The notes beneath the pieces were generated by a model. It was not told the origin of the DNA and did not search any database. It saw nothing but the letters and a program-made list of their open reading frames with translations. The position numbers and the translations under genes were made by a program. This document shows, piece by piece, positions 46,230 through 56,307 of a DNA stretch of 61,700 nucleotides; the stretch's first letter is position 1, and each line of letters starts with the position of its first letter. The stretch is taken from the IMG/VR virus record IMGVR_UViG_2660238384_000003, positions 62,001-123,700 of that record. One strand, 5' to 3'. The DNA comes from an uncultured virus (IMG/VR IMGVR_UViG_2660238384_000003) (taxonomy: Duplodnaviria > Heunggongvirae > Uroviricota > Caudoviricetes).

Positions 46230-46748
46230 ATGTTCAAGAACTCGAAAGGTCAGCTGGTAACGGCTGAAGAGGCTGCGGCAGATCTCAATGCCCAGTTGGA
46301 CGAAGCAGAAAAGGCTCTCCAACTGGAGAAGTACAAATCTCCGCTAGATGAGCGCGCAGCTTTTGAGGCGCACGAATCCAAGGAGCGCCGCCTATCCCCA
46401 GCGGATCAGCGGACTTGGTTCCGCCGCGGCGCTATCGCTGATTACGACTGCAAGGCTATCGACGATGCCTGGAAGGCGTGGCAAGCCCGAGCTGCCCTGC
46501 CAACTGAGCCGCTCTCGATCCAATTCGTCAACGCAGTAAAGCAGCTCTGCAAAGACTTCTCCGACCGCCAGGACCGCCCCTACATGGGGGACGTATACAG
46601 CGCCCTGGATGCGCTGCTGGTGAATGAGGGGATTCAGGTCGCGGAGGAGCCCTTCCCATCACCTCAGAAACAATCGAAGCCCTGCGGAGAGTGCCGCCTG
46701 CCAGAGGGTGAGCGCTGTGACATCTGCGGAGCGAAAGCCACCGCCTGA
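46230..46748 (+). CDS. Early hypothetical protein
   Basis: DERAAFEA..AWKAWQARA module, C-terminal CGEC..CDICG. Confidence 0.7.
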   Translation: MFKNSKGQLVTAEEAAADLNAQLDEAEKALQLEKYKSPLDERAAFEAHESKERRLSPADQRTWFRRGAIADYDCKAIDDAWKAWQARAALPTEPLSIQFVNAVKQLCKDFSDRQDRPYMGDVYSALDALLVNEGIQVAEEPFPSPQKQSKPCGECRLPEGERCDICGAKATA

Positions 46749-46773
46749 CCCACACCTAAGACAGGAGAACAGC

Positions 46774-47049
46774 ATGAGCAAGCACACGCCTGGGCCTTGG
46801 ATGGTTGACTATAGCGAATATCTCTCAGAGGGTGGCGGTCTGTGCGTGATGCACGGGAATGACTGCATCGCAGTGGTTGGTGACTTCAACCCTGAACAGC
46901 CAATCGATGCAAACGCCAAGCTGATAGCTGCGGCGCCGGAGCTACTGGAGGCTTTGAAGTGGGTTATTGAGCGAAACGACGCGGGTCAGTTCATTGATGG
47001 CGAGTGCATGAAATCGGCGCGCGCTGCAATCGCCAAGGCCACCGCCTAA
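46774..47049 (+). CDS. Early hypothetical protein
   Basis: MSKHTPGPW..ANAKLIAAAPELLEAL, a common phage family. Confidence 0.75.
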   Translation: MSKHTPGPWMVDYSEYLSEGGGLCVMHGNDCIAVVGDFNPEQPIDANAKLIAAAPELLEALKWVIERNDAGQFIDGECMKSARAAIAKATA

Positions 47050-47083
47050 CCGCGCCCTTGCGCATACACACACTGGAGGCGAG

Positions 47084-47272
47084 ATGAGCAATTGGAGAAA
47101 GACGGCAGACGGCAATTTTCCGATGGATACCGACCTGCTCGGCAAGTGGAAGAACGGCCACATTGAAGATGTACGCTTCCACGATGACGGCGAAGACTTC
47201 ACCTATCACTCGCTGTATGACGGCGAGTCGTTCGATGAAGATCCTGAGTTCTGGATGCCGATTCCAGACTGA
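47084..47272 (+). CDS. DUF551-like small protein
   Basis: MSNW...FWMPIP; GGAGG SD; start position as given by ORF track. Confidence 0.6.
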   Translation: MSNWRKTADGNFPMDTDLLGKWKNGHIEDVRFHDDGEDFTYHSLYDGESFDEDPEFWMPIPD

Positions 47273-47301
47273 CTTCCCCGGCAAGGACGCCACCCTTCAA
47301 T

Positions 47302-47429
47302 GGGGATGAGTCCCGCGCAGCGGGAGATGTACTAGGTACCTGCGGACGTCACTGCTTCGGCATACGAAATGAGTCGCTGAATGGGTCCGCGCCAAGTCAG
47401 CCGCCGGTGAGAGTCCGGCCATCCCCACC
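47302..47429 (+). ncRNA. tRNA-like structured ncRNA candidate
   Basis: GGGGATG/CATCCCC 7-bp stem stacked on GCCGG-TGAGAGT-CCGGC, then ACC; internal hairpins. Confidence 0.55.
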
Positions 47430-47441
47430 CTACCCCTCTTA

Positions 47442-47466
47442 GCCCGGCAAGTCCGGGCATTTTTTC
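47442..47466 (+). terminator. Rho-independent terminator
   Basis: GCCCGG caagt CCGGGC ATTTTTT. Confidence 0.8.
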
Positions 47467-47527
47467 GCCTGTATGACGGGAGCGATTCGGAACGCTGCCG
47501 CATACGCGCGGCAAAGAGGTCAGAGAG

Positions 47528-47770
47528 ATGAGCATTCAAACCAAAGCGGCGACGATCTATTTCGCCCCTACTGCTCGGAAAAGTTTCATCACGAAACGCG
47601 CGGCTATCAACGCCGAGGCCAGGGCGATCATCAATAAGCACTTCCCTATTGAGCGCGGCTGCTCCTGCGGCTGCGGCGATCCTGGCTGGCGGCTTGAAGA
47701 GGCCAACCCCGAGCGCTTCGCGCGCTACTACCGGCTGCTTACCGTAGCGCTCAAGAGGACCATGCCATGA
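47528..47770 (+). CDS. Early hypothetical protein
   Basis: 80 aa, GAGG SD. Confidence 0.6.
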   Translation: MSIQTKAATIYFAPTARKSFITKRAAINAEARAIINKHFPIERGCSCGCGDPGWRLEEANPERFARYYRLLTVALKRTMP

Positions 47771-47801
47771 CCGCAATCCGCCGCATGCACGCGAACGCGA
47801 G

Positions 47802-48233
47802 GTGAGAATGAACATAGCAGCACTAGCCAACCGCAAGCCTCCATCAGCAGAGGATCCGATGGAACTCTGGCTCGCCTCGGACGAGTACGCAAACTGGAAG
47901 CTCGATGCTGTGGAGTCGCTACTAGGCGACTGCGATGTTGACCTGCACAGCAAGGGATTCTGGAGCAGCAAGTTGAAGGCCGACCTGCTGCGCGAGGAAC
48001 TTCACAAGATGCTGATCGACTTGTTGCAGAACGACCGAGAGCGCCTGCTGGCTACTGTGGTCATGGCTGTAGCCGACCGCCGCCCCTGCGACGCCCTGGC
48101 GAACCTGCACAACTTCTTCCCGGAAGGCGATGCAGCCGAAGCGATCAAGGCGCTTGCCGAACCAATCGCAGCAGGCTACGCAGCAGAAGCCCTTGCACAG
48201 TATCAGGAACAGAACATGGAGGATGCAGCATGA
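47802..48233 (+). CDS. Early hypothetical protein
   Basis: 143 aa acidic helical, GAGGTG SD. Confidence 0.65.
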   Translation: MRMNIAALANRKPPSAEDPMELWLASDEYANWKLDAVESLLGDCDVDLHSKGFWSSKLKADLLREELHKMLIDLLQNDRERLLATVVMAVADRRPCDALANLHNFFPEGDAAEAIKALAEPIAAGYAAEALAQYQEQNMEDAA

Positions 48234-48685
48234 TCAGTGATGAACAGTTGGCGGAGTTGGAGCAGGCTGCAATCGAAATCAAAGGTTGGAATCTTGTAGA
48301 TGCTTTTCGGTATGCAGACCCATGCATTGAGGATGGCGAAGATGAGGAATGGTGCGTCGGTAGTATTGATGAGGATGGAAACCAGTACCCGGTCATGGAG
48401 GTTAACGCCCATCAGTACGACAGCCAGGATTCAGAGCTTTTGGCTCACTATTACGGCCTATGCAATCGAGAATCTATCCTTGGCCTGATCGCCCGCCTGC
48501 GCGCTGCTGAGGCTGATGCTAAGCGTTATCGGTGGCTTCGTTCGCAGCCGAATGACTGCTCCGCGCCTCGCATTGATATCTGCCATTGGCAACGAAATGG
48601 CGACGACTCAGTAAACGAGGGCGAAGGGCTGAGATTAGAAGAGGCAGATAAAGCCATCGACGCCGCCATGGAGCGCACGCAATGA
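48230..48685 (+). CDS. Early hypothetical protein (Ea22-like)
   Basis: ILGLIARLRAAEADAKRYRWLR..IDAAM. Confidence 0.65.
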   Translation: MISDEQLAELEQAAIEIKGWNLVDAFRYADPCIEDGEDEEWCVGSIDEDGNQYPVMEVNAHQYDSQDSELLAHYYGLCNRESILGLIARLRAAEADAKRYRWLRSQPNDCSAPRIDICHWQRNGDDSVNEGEGLRLEEADKAIDAAMERTQ

Positions 48686-49044
48686 CCATCACCATAGACC
48701 TGACCAAGGCCGCCCAAGTCCTGATCTTCGGCGGCTTTTTTGTGGGCAGCGTGTTCATGTTCGCCGTGGCGTTTGTTGAGGTGGCAGGGCTATGAACACC
48801 AGACGCACAGCAATCTGGCTAGGAAGCCTCTTTGGAGGCCTGCTGTACCTGTTCATCCTGGCAGCCGGCCCGATCTGGGGCGGCATCATCACCGCAGAAG
48901 CTACGCACCTGTCCGCAGCAGGCGGTGGGCGGCATGAAGAAAACACCCGCAGCAGCGGCTTCTAGCGCAACGCTATTCATCCCGCAGGGGTGACGCTGCC
49001 GAGTGGCGCCGTAAGCGCCTTCCCCCTTCTACCTGGAGATCAAG

Positions 49045-49257
49045 ATGGATCAGTCATCGTTCTGGATGGTCTGGAACCCTCAAGGAAACCAGCCTACCTA
49101 CCAGCACCCGACCCGAGACTCTGCGATTGCTGAGGCTGAGCGCCTCGCACGCAAATGCCCAGGACATCAGTTCTACGTCCTTGCAGCAACCGATCTACGC
49201 GTCTGCGACAACATGCAGCGCGTGTCCCTCTGGCCGGAACAAGAAATCCCCTTCTAA
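49045..49257 (+). CDS. Hypothetical protein
   Basis: [20 protein letters not shown]. Confidence 0.6.
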   Translation: MDQSSFWMVWNPQGNQPTYQHPTRDSAIAEAERLARKCPGHQFYVLAATDLRVCDNMQRVSLWPEQEIPF

Positions 49258-49269
49258 CTGGAGCGCAAG

Positions 49270-49458
49270 ATGCTGAAGAACCGATACCGAATCGTTAGCG
49301 ACGACTATGCCGGTTACGAAGTTCAGATCAAGAGATGGTGGTTCCCCTTCTGGATTCAATGCGGTCTCTGTAACACGCACCTGAGCGTTGATAGAGCAGA
49401 AGCATATGCCAGGGCCCATGCGGGCAAAAGGCTCGTAAAGGATCTTGGATTTCTCTAA
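49270..49458 (+). CDS. Hypothetical protein
   Basis: YRIV..YEVQIKRWWFPFW. Confidence 0.55.
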   Translation: MLKNRYRIVSDDYAGYEVQIKRWWFPFWIQCGLCNTHLSVDRAEAYARAHAGKRLVKDLGFL

Positions 49459-49500
49459 CCCCTCCCTTCACTGGCTGCGCATGCGCGGCGAGGATCACTC

Positions 49501-50565
49501 ATGTCCGCAGAAACCCAACTGGTCGAAGTGCCGGCCAAAGAAACCGCACTCCAAGTCTACTCAACCGCTAATGGCCTTGACCCGTTCCTGGCCAAGATTC
49601 GCGAAGAGATCGACGGCTTCGTGCCAGACGTCACTACCCGCAAGGGCAGAGAGGCCATCGCCTCCATCGCCTACAAGGTAGCCCGCTCGAAGACGGCGCT
49701 GGACAACGTAGGCAAGGAACTGGTCGCCGAGCTGAAGGAAGTACCGAAGAAGGTCGATGCCGAGCGTAAGCGCATGCGTGATCTTCTGGACCACTGGCAG
49801 GCGGAGGTACGCCAGCCGCTAACGGAGTGGGAGCAGCGCGAGGAAATGCGCAAGGCCAAACACCAGGCCGGCATCGATCAGATCAACCTGCGCCTGGAAT
49901 GCCGCGACCTAGATTCGACCGAGTTGAAAGCCAACATTGAATGGCTGGAAGGTCTCTCGATTGGCGAGGACTGGGAAGAGTTCGAAACCGAGGCCGCCCG
50001 CACCAAGGACAAGGCCCTGGCCGCGCTGCGCGAAGCCCTCGTTGCACGCGAGAAGTATGAAGCCGAGCAGGCCGAACTGGAGCGACTGCGCGCCGAAGCA
50101 GCAGCACGCGAGCAGAAAGAGCGCGAGGAGCGCATTGCCCGCGAAGCAGCAGAGCAGGCACGGCGTCAGGAAGAGGCCAAGGCCCAGGCAGAACGCGACG
50201 CCGCAGTACGCCGTGAAGCCGAAGCACAGGCCGCAGCAGAGCGCCGCGAACTTGAACTTAAGCTTGCCGCCGAGCGCGCCGAACGCGAAGCCATTGAAGC
50301 CAAGCAGCGCGCAGAACAAGCAGAGCGTGATGCGCAACGTCGCGCTGAAGAAGCCGCAGCGGCAGAACGCAAACGGCAGGCCGATGAGCAGGCCCGCATC
50401 GAACGCGAGGCTGCTGCACGCGAAGCCGACAAGGCGCACAAGAAAGCCATCAACAACGAGGCGTTGGCGGCTCTTATCGCCGGCGGCATGCCCGAGGAAT
50501 GCGCCAAGCAGGCGATCACCCTGATCGCTCAGCGCAAGGTTCCTCACATCACGATCAACTATTGA
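49501..50565 (+). CDS. Coiled-coil phage protein upstream of the recombination genes
   Basis: DVTTRKGREAIASIAYKVARSKT; E/R/A-rich helix. Confidence 0.85.
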   Translation: MSAETQLVEVPAKETALQVYSTANGLDPFLAKIREEIDGFVPDVTTRKGREAIASIAYKVARSKTALDNVGKELVAELKEVPKKVDAERKRMRDLLDHWQAEVRQPLTEWEQREEMRKAKHQAGIDQINLRLECRDLDSTELKANIEWLEGLSIGEDWEEFETEAARTKDKALAALREALVAREKYEAEQAELERLRAEAAAREQKEREERIAREAAEQARRQEEAKAQAERDAAVRREAEAQAAAERRELELKLAAERAEREAIEAKQRAEQAERDAQRRAEEAAAAERKRQADEQARIEREAAAREADKAHKKAINNEALAALIAGGMPEECAKQAITLIAQRKVPHITINY

Positions 50566-50572
50566 GGTTCAC

Positions 50573-51319
50573 ATGGGAACTGCACTAACACCGCTCCTGA
50601 CGAAGTTCGCCACGCGCTACGAGATGGGTACCACGCCTGAAGAAGTGGCGAACACGCTCAAGCAGACCTGTTTCAAGGGCCAGGTCAATGATTCGCAGAT
50701 GGTCGCCCTGCTGATCGTGGCAGACCAGTACAAGCTGAACCCCTTCACCAAGGAGTTGTACGCATTCCCCGACAAGAACAACGGCATCGTGCCGGTTGTT
50801 GGTGTGGATGGCTGGGCTCGGATCATCAACGAGAACCCACAGTTCGATGGCATGGAATTCTCAATGGACCAGCAGGGCACCGAATGCACCTGCAAGATCT
50901 ATCGGAAGGACCGCAGCCATGCCATCAGCGCGACTGAGTACATGGCCGAGTGCAAGCGGAACACCCAGCCTTGGCAGTCCCATCCGCGCCGGATGCTTCG
51001 CCACAAGGCAATGATCCAGTGCGCACGCCTCGCGTTCGGGTTCGCCGGCATATACGACCAGGACGAGGCCGAGCGGATCGTTGAACGAGACGTCACTCCC
51101 GCAGAACAGTACGAGGACGTCAGCGAGGCGGTCTGCCTGATCAAGGACTCCCCAACAATGGAAGACTTGCAGGCAGCATTCAGCAATGCCTGGAAAGCCT
51201 ACAAGACAAAGGGCGCGCGCGACCAGCTTACGGCGGCCAAGGACCAGCGGAAGAAAGAACTTCTGGAGGCACCTATCGACGTTGAATTCGAGGAGACCGG
51301 CGATGATCGAGCAGCGTAG
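50573..51319 (+). CDS. bet: Red beta single-strand annealing recombinase
   Basis: LNPFTKELYAFPDK..VVGVDGW..PWQSHPRRMLRHKAMIQCARLAFGF. Confidence 0.95.
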   Translation: MGTALTPLLTKFATRYEMGTTPEEVANTLKQTCFKGQVNDSQMVALLIVADQYKLNPFTKELYAFPDKNNGIVPVVGVDGWARIINENPQFDGMEFSMDQQGTECTCKIYRKDRSHAISATEYMAECKRNTQPWQSHPRRMLRHKAMIQCARLAFGFAGIYDQDEAERIVERDVTPAEQYEDVSEAVCLIKDSPTMEDLQAAFSNAWKAYKTKGARDQLTAAKDQRKKELLEAPIDVEFEETGDDRAA

Positions 51320-51929
51320 TGATGAATGGTTCGCACAGCGCCTGGGGCGGGTGACTGCCAGCAAGGTCAAGGATGTGATGGCAAAGGGGCGCAGTGGCGC
51401 CCCTTCTGCTACCCGCCAGAACTACATGATGCAGCTCCTGTGCGAGCGCTTGACCGGCAAGCGCGAGGAAGGATTCACCAGCGCCGCAATGCAGCGTGGT
51501 ACCGACCTGGAGCCGATTGCTCGCTCGGCCTACGAGTTCAATGCAGGCGTAATGACGATCGAAACAGGCCTGATCATCCATCCGCGAATCGATGGATTTG
51601 CCGCGTCGCCAGATGGCCTCGCGGGGGAGCATGGGCTCGTCGAGATTAAATGCCCGTCTACCGCAACCCACATCTACACGATGCAGTCGGGCAAGCACGA
51701 CCCACAGTACGAGTGGCAGATGCTCGCCCAAATGTCATGCAGCGGCCGCGAGTGGGTCGACTTTGTGAGCTTCGACGACCGTCTGCCTGATGAATTGCAG
51801 TACGTGTGCTTCCGCTATCACCGCGACGAGGCACGCATCCGCGAGATGGAGGCTGAGGTTATGGCGTTCCTGGAAGAGCTGGCAGAGCTTGAACATCAGA
51901 TGCGAGAGCGCATGAGGAAAGCAGCATGA
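51303..51929 (+). CDS. exo: Lambda exonuclease/YqaJ family
   Basis: QRSDEWFAQRLGRVTAS, ASPDGL, EIKCP, QMLAQM. Confidence 0.93.
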   Translation: MIEQRSDEWFAQRLGRVTASKVKDVMAKGRSGAPSATRQNYMMQLLCERLTGKREEGFTSAAMQRGTDLEPIARSAYEFNAGVMTIETGLIIHPRIDGFAASPDGLAGEHGLVEIKCPSTATHIYTMQSGKHDPQYEWQMLAQMSCSGREWVDFVSFDDRLPDELQYVCFRYHRDEARIREMEAEVMAFLEELAELEHQMRERMRKAA

Positions 51930-52261
51930 GAACCGTACTCAAAGCCACATGCGGCAAGCACTCCAAGGAAATCCCGCTTGAGCAGATCACCCACTTCATC
52001 GCCGAGGATAAGTACGTCATCGCGTACTACCGGGAAGGCTTTCTGGTTCTGAGCGATGCGCTCAAGACCCTGGAATCAGAGTTCTCCGCCGAGTTCATCC
52101 GCACCCACCGTAAGGCCCTGGTTCGCCGGTCTCTGATCAGCAGGTTCAAGCTCCGGCCAGACGACACCCAGGCCGGCGAAGTGCTGCTGCTCGGAACCGA
52201 GAACTGGATTCCCGTCAGCCGCAGTCACTCGGCACAGATCAAGTCGGCGATGGGTGCATGA
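51926..52261 (+). CDS. LytTR DNA-binding domain protein
   Basis: AEDKYV..LKTLE..FIRTHRKALV..IPVSR. Confidence 0.85.
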   Translation: MRTVLKATCGKHSKEIPLEQITHFIAEDKYVIAYYREGFLVLSDALKTLESEFSAEFIRTHRKALVRRSLISRFKLRPDDTQAGEVLLLGTENWIPVSRSHSAQIKSAMGA

Positions 52262-52790
52262 GGGCCATGTCATGTACATCAAGAAAGACGTCATCGAGGT
52301 CATCAAGTACGCGGCGATGATGGCGGCATGCTCTCGCCAGTCCTGGGGAATCTATCCCATGAACCAGGGCTACAAGGCCATGCCCTTCCGTGGCGACTAT
52401 CACCGCGTCGTCGAAGTCTGCCATCCCTGACCGAACAGGAATAACCCCATGCACCAGCTAACAGCGAATCACCTCCCTGGCGGTGTGACGGTCACCGGCT
52501 GGCCCGAAGAAAGCCAGCTCATGACCCCAGACGACATTCTGCTATTCGCGAGATCGGTGAGGCAGATAGCGATCAACCAAGCCCAGGGCGCCGAGGGTGT
52601 TCTGGTCTACCCGGAGGTGGGTGATGGAAGTCAAGGCGAAGACCAAGCGTGACTCCGGCCTGCGCACGGCGGTGCTCCTTCTGAAGCGAGCAAACCGCTA
52701 CGTCGGGGTCCACAACAGCATTGGCGCCATGGTCCTCAGCACAGAGATTGTCGAATTCATCGCCGCTATTGAGCGGCAGGAGAAGGGATT

Positions 52791-54623
52791 GTGAGCAACG
52801 AATTGACCGATGTGCGCTGCTCTTGCGGCGACGAGTACCCAGCCGACAGCTACGACGCAGGGTTCATTGCCGGCTCCGGCATGTGCCAGAACTGTGACGC
52901 TGCACTACCCCCGAAAGATATTTGCACCTGCCCTTCCGGCAACGGCTCCCTCCGCCATCCCTGTCCGGCACATCCTGCGGTAGAGCAGGCAGGCGGGGAT
53001 GAGCGCGACTTCCAGGCAGAGGGCGCACAGGAGGTTCCATCGCCAGTCTCACAAGAGTATGACCGACATTTGATCAGTCTTTTGCGTAAAGGTGAGGCAC
53101 TTCCTGGCCACCAGGAGGAGGCCGCTGACGAGATCGAGCGCCTGCGCGATTGGAATGATCACCTGAACAACACCGTTCTACCCAACATACTCAATCCAAC
53201 TTTCCTGATGCTCATGAAGGGCGGCGAGAGGCTGCTTGACCTGTGCACGAAGGACGGCGAATTCATTGGCGTATCGCTGAATGACATGAAGGACGTGTTT
53301 GATTGGATGGTCACGCACGCTCGAATTGCACCTGATCAAGCCGCCCTGGCGCAACCCTCCCATGCGCCGGAACTCGCCGAGCGCGGTACGCAGCACCGCT
53401 TCAGCACCACCGAACAGACCTGCCGGCACGACTTCGCGGGTGTGTGGTGGAACGACAACGGCGAGACAAAAACCGGCCGCGAGTGCCGGCACTGCGGGTT
53501 CTTCGTGGCAGACGTGACCAAGGCGCAGGCCGAGCAGGCAGAGGCGGAGCGGCCGGAGGTGGTGGCGTGGCGTTACGGCTTCAGCGGCGGAATCGTCAGC
53601 GACAAGGCATGTCTCGATGAATGGAAATCCGGCGGCGAATATCAATCGCTGATGACAGTCGCCCAGCATGAGCGCATCGTCGGGGAGCTGCGGGCGGTGA
53701 TAGCCCAGCTCCGCCAGCACAAGAACGATTACATGGATTCCGGCCAGGAAACGTACCGGGCATTACAGAACGAAATCAGAGAACGGGAAGCGGAAATTGC
53801 TCGTCTTGATGGTCTGGTTTCGGGCCGCACGGCGGAGCGCGACGCCGCCCTGGCCGAAGTCAATCGCCTGCGAGAATCCAAGGGCGATCCCTCTGGCAGC
53901 TTCGACAGGTGTATGAGGATGATGTACGAGCGCGACGAGAATGCGAAACGCCTCGACGCCGCCCTGGCCAGGGTGGCGGAGCTGGAGAAGCAGGAGCCGG
54001 TGGCGACCATTGCGAAGGTGCCGGGCGAAGACTGGAACGGCCTTCATTTCTATCGCGACCTGCAAGGCATGCAGCCGGGCACGAAGCTCTACGCCGCCCC
54101 TGTAGCCCAGGCTCAGCAACTCCACGACCTGGACAAGCAGTGCCGCGATGACGTAGCGCGTGCGCTCGGCTTGCGCCCGTCCCAGGAGCGCGGTTTCGCA
54201 TGGTCCTACCTGCTGGCCTCGATCAAGTCATGCGTGAAGGCGGCCGAGGATACCGCCCAGGCTCAGCACAGCGTGCCGGATGTGTGCGACGGCAAGGAAC
54301 AGAACGCTTTCGAGGATTGGGCGAGCAAGGAAGGCATGAACATGGAGCGCCATCCACTGCACTGGCTGTTTCTTGACGCCAAGACCTATAGCGCACGACA
54401 AGGCTGGAAAGCCGCGCTTAAGTATGCCCGCAACATGCTCGCCGCCGCGCCCGTTTGCCGTCTGAGCCGAAGCGCACTTACCGAAGCGCAGATGCGCCGG
54501 CTCTACGAGAACAGCACCGAGACCGAAAACGAGCGGCTCGGGTTCGAAGCCTTCGCACGACTGATCCGCCGGGCCGAGGCCGTCCACCAGATCACTGCCG
54601 CGCCCGGCAAGGAGGGGGTGTGA
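52791..54623 (+). CDS. Large mosaic hypothetical protein
   Basis: 610 aa; several small modules separated by repeated linkers. Confidence 0.8.
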   Translation: MSNELTDVRCSCGDEYPADSYDAGFIAGSGMCQNCDAALPPKDICTCPSGNGSLRHPCPAHPAVEQAGGDERDFQAEGAQEVPSPVSQEYDRHLISLLRKGEALPGHQEEAADEIERLRDWNDHLNNTVLPNILNPTFLMLMKGGERLLDLCTKDGEFIGVSLNDMKDVFDWMVTHARIAPDQAALAQPSHAPELAERGTQHRFSTTEQTCRHDFAGVWWNDNGETKTGRECRHCGFFVADVTKAQAEQAEAERPEVVAWRYGFSGGIVSDKACLDEWKSGGEYQSLMTVAQHERIVGELRAVIAQLRQHKNDYMDSGQETYRALQNEIREREAEIARLDGLVSGRTAERDAALAEVNRLRESKGDPSGSFDRCMRMMYERDENAKRLDAALARVAELEKQEPVATIAKVPGEDWNGLHFYRDLQGMQPGTKLYAAPVAQAQQLHDLDKQCRDDVARALGLRPSQERGFAWSYLLASIKSCVKAAEDTAQAQHSVPDVCDGKEQNAFEDWASKEGMNMERHPLHWLFLDAKTYSARQGWKAALKYARNMLAAAPVCRLSRSALTEAQMRRLYENSTETENERLGFEAFARLIRRAEAVHQITAAPGKEGV

Positions 54624-54901
54624 TGGCCGTTTACGTCGACGACATGAACGCAACCTTTGGCCGCATGAAGATGTGCCACATGCTCGCGGACACAACCGAG
54701 GAACTGCTCGCAATGGCGGACAAGATCGGAGTTCATCGCAAGTGGCTTCAGCATGCTGGGACCATCAAAGAGCACTTCGATATCTGTCTTTCGAAGAAGT
54801 CAGCAGCCCTCGCAGCCGGGGCCGTAGCTATCACATATCCCGACGGCGTAGCAGAGATCATGAGGCAGCGCCGAGAGCGACAGCAAGGAGGTAGGTCATG
54901 A
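54623..54901 (+). CDS. DUF4031-family protein
   Basis: MAVYVDD..MCHMLADT.EEL.AMA.KIG..WLQ..HFDI. Confidence 0.85.
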   Translation: MAVYVDDMNATFGRMKMCHMLADTTEELLAMADKIGVHRKWLQHAGTIKEHFDICLSKKSAALAAGAVAITYPDGVAEIMRQRRERQQGGRS

Positions 54902-55365
54902 GTGAGGTGAAGCGGTTCGACCACGTGAACCATGCTCACGTTGATGACTGTGAGCACATTGAGAACCCCGAAGGAGCGTGGGTGAAGGCCTCCGACTACG
55001 ACGCCCTCGCCGCCAAACTAGCCATGGCTGAGGACGCAGCGGCAAAGGGAGATGCTGCCCGCCAGCAGTGCGGCGGCATGGAGATGGAGATCCAGGAGCT
55101 GCGCGAGAACGCGGCCAAGCTCGCCGCATTCGCGCAGGAGATCATCAGCGGAGCACTGGAGGGCGGCAGCTTCGATGGGGCAGACATCCAAGAAAGTGCT
55201 GAACGCCATGGGCTGATCGCCAAGCATGTGATGAACGAGCCGTGCCGAGGCCCGGAAGAGTACTGCGCCTGCGCCTGGTCTACCTCGTTCCCGACTGAAT
55301 GCTACCGGATAACGGCAGAGCTTCGCGCCCTGCTCAACCAGGACAAGGAGAACGGCAATGGCTGA
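54898..55365 (+). CDS. Hypothetical protein
   Basis: 155 aa, ATGA-coupled. Confidence 0.65.
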   Translation: MSEVKRFDHVNHAHVDDCEHIENPEGAWVKASDYDALAAKLAMAEDAAAKGDAARQQCGGMEMEIQELRENAAKLAAFAQEIISGALEGGSFDGADIQESAERHGLIAKHVMNEPCRGPEEYCACAWSTSFPTECYRITAELRALLNQDKENGNG

Positions 55366-55597
55366 CGCCTGGAAGATCACAGGTAGCCGCACATGGTGCG
55401 ACAAGGTTGTGGAACTGGAAGAGCATGCGGATCGATCGATTCGTTCGCGTGATGACGGATCGTTCAAAGTGCCGCTCTATGCCGTTCCTGATGGCCATGT
55501 GGTGGTTCCGAGGGAGTTGCTGGAGCGCTTGTACAGCAGCGATACCGCAACGGCGCTGATGGCAGCAGCAGAACTCAGAGCCATCCTCTACCCCTAA
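55358..55597 (+). CDS. Hypothetical protein
   Basis: 79 aa, coupled. Confidence 0.55.
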   Translation: MADAWKITGSRTWCDKVVELEEHADRSIRSRDDGSFKVPLYAVPDGHVVVPRELLERLYSSDTATALMAAAELRAILYP

Positions 55598-56031
55598 CCA
55601 TTCCCCCTGACCGCCACCCTCGGCCAGGCTGAAACCCGCATTCCTGCTGGGTTTCAGCACAAAAACTGGCCGATTTTGGGCCAGGAGCCCGCCACCCCAA
55701 ACCAACGAATCCGACCCCGGAGGACCAACCGTGGACAACGAAAACGAAACCCTGGTCGCGCTGCTGGTCATCGCGCTGATCGTCTTCGGCATCTTCCGGA
55801 TAGTCGGGGACTTCCAGAACCTCTACGAGCAGACAGAACTGAAAGGACGGGAGTTGAGCAGATGGAGCAAGAGTTGAAGCCGTGCCCCTATTGCCGAGGC
55901 TATGACCTAGAGCGGCGCTGGTGTCACGTTTGCAATGGCCGTGGCGTCGTCGATGTCAAGGCTCAACAGCGAGAGCGCGCAGAGATTGTAAAGGCGCTGC
56001 GCGAAGCCGGAATTGAAGCGAGGGACTGACC

Positions 56032-56307
56032 GTGCCTGACATGAGAGAAGAGTTTGAAGCGTGGGCTTCCAGTCATTTCGTAGACGTAGGAAGCGGCAAT
56101 CCGCTCAAGAAAGGACCTAACGGTCACTATGGCTTCTATGTCGTGGCAACGGCATGGAAAGCCTGGCAAGCCAGCCGCGCGGCTCTGAAGGTGGAGTTGC
56201 CGTTCCCCATCATCGTCGATGAGGGCACCGAATTCGCGCTCCATGCCTACGACAAGGACGAGACAGACAAAGCCCTCCAGCAAGCCGGAATCGAGGTGGC
56301 GAAATGA
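56032..56307 (+). CDS. Hypothetical protein
   Basis: MREEFEAW..AWKAWQASRAA module. Confidence 0.6.
   Translation: MPDMREEFEAWASSHFVDVGSGNPLKKGPNGHYGFYVVATAWKAWQASRAALKVELPFPIIVDEGTEFALHAYDKDETDKALQQAGIEVAK

Noticed and set aside
44748..49458. Named anti-CRISPR/aca locus
   Set aside because: Many small early ORFs, but none recognisable as Aca or a known Acr by eye
49501..50565. TolA or tandem-repeat locus
   Set aside because: E/R/A-rich coiled coil only; no TM anchor or exact DNA repeats
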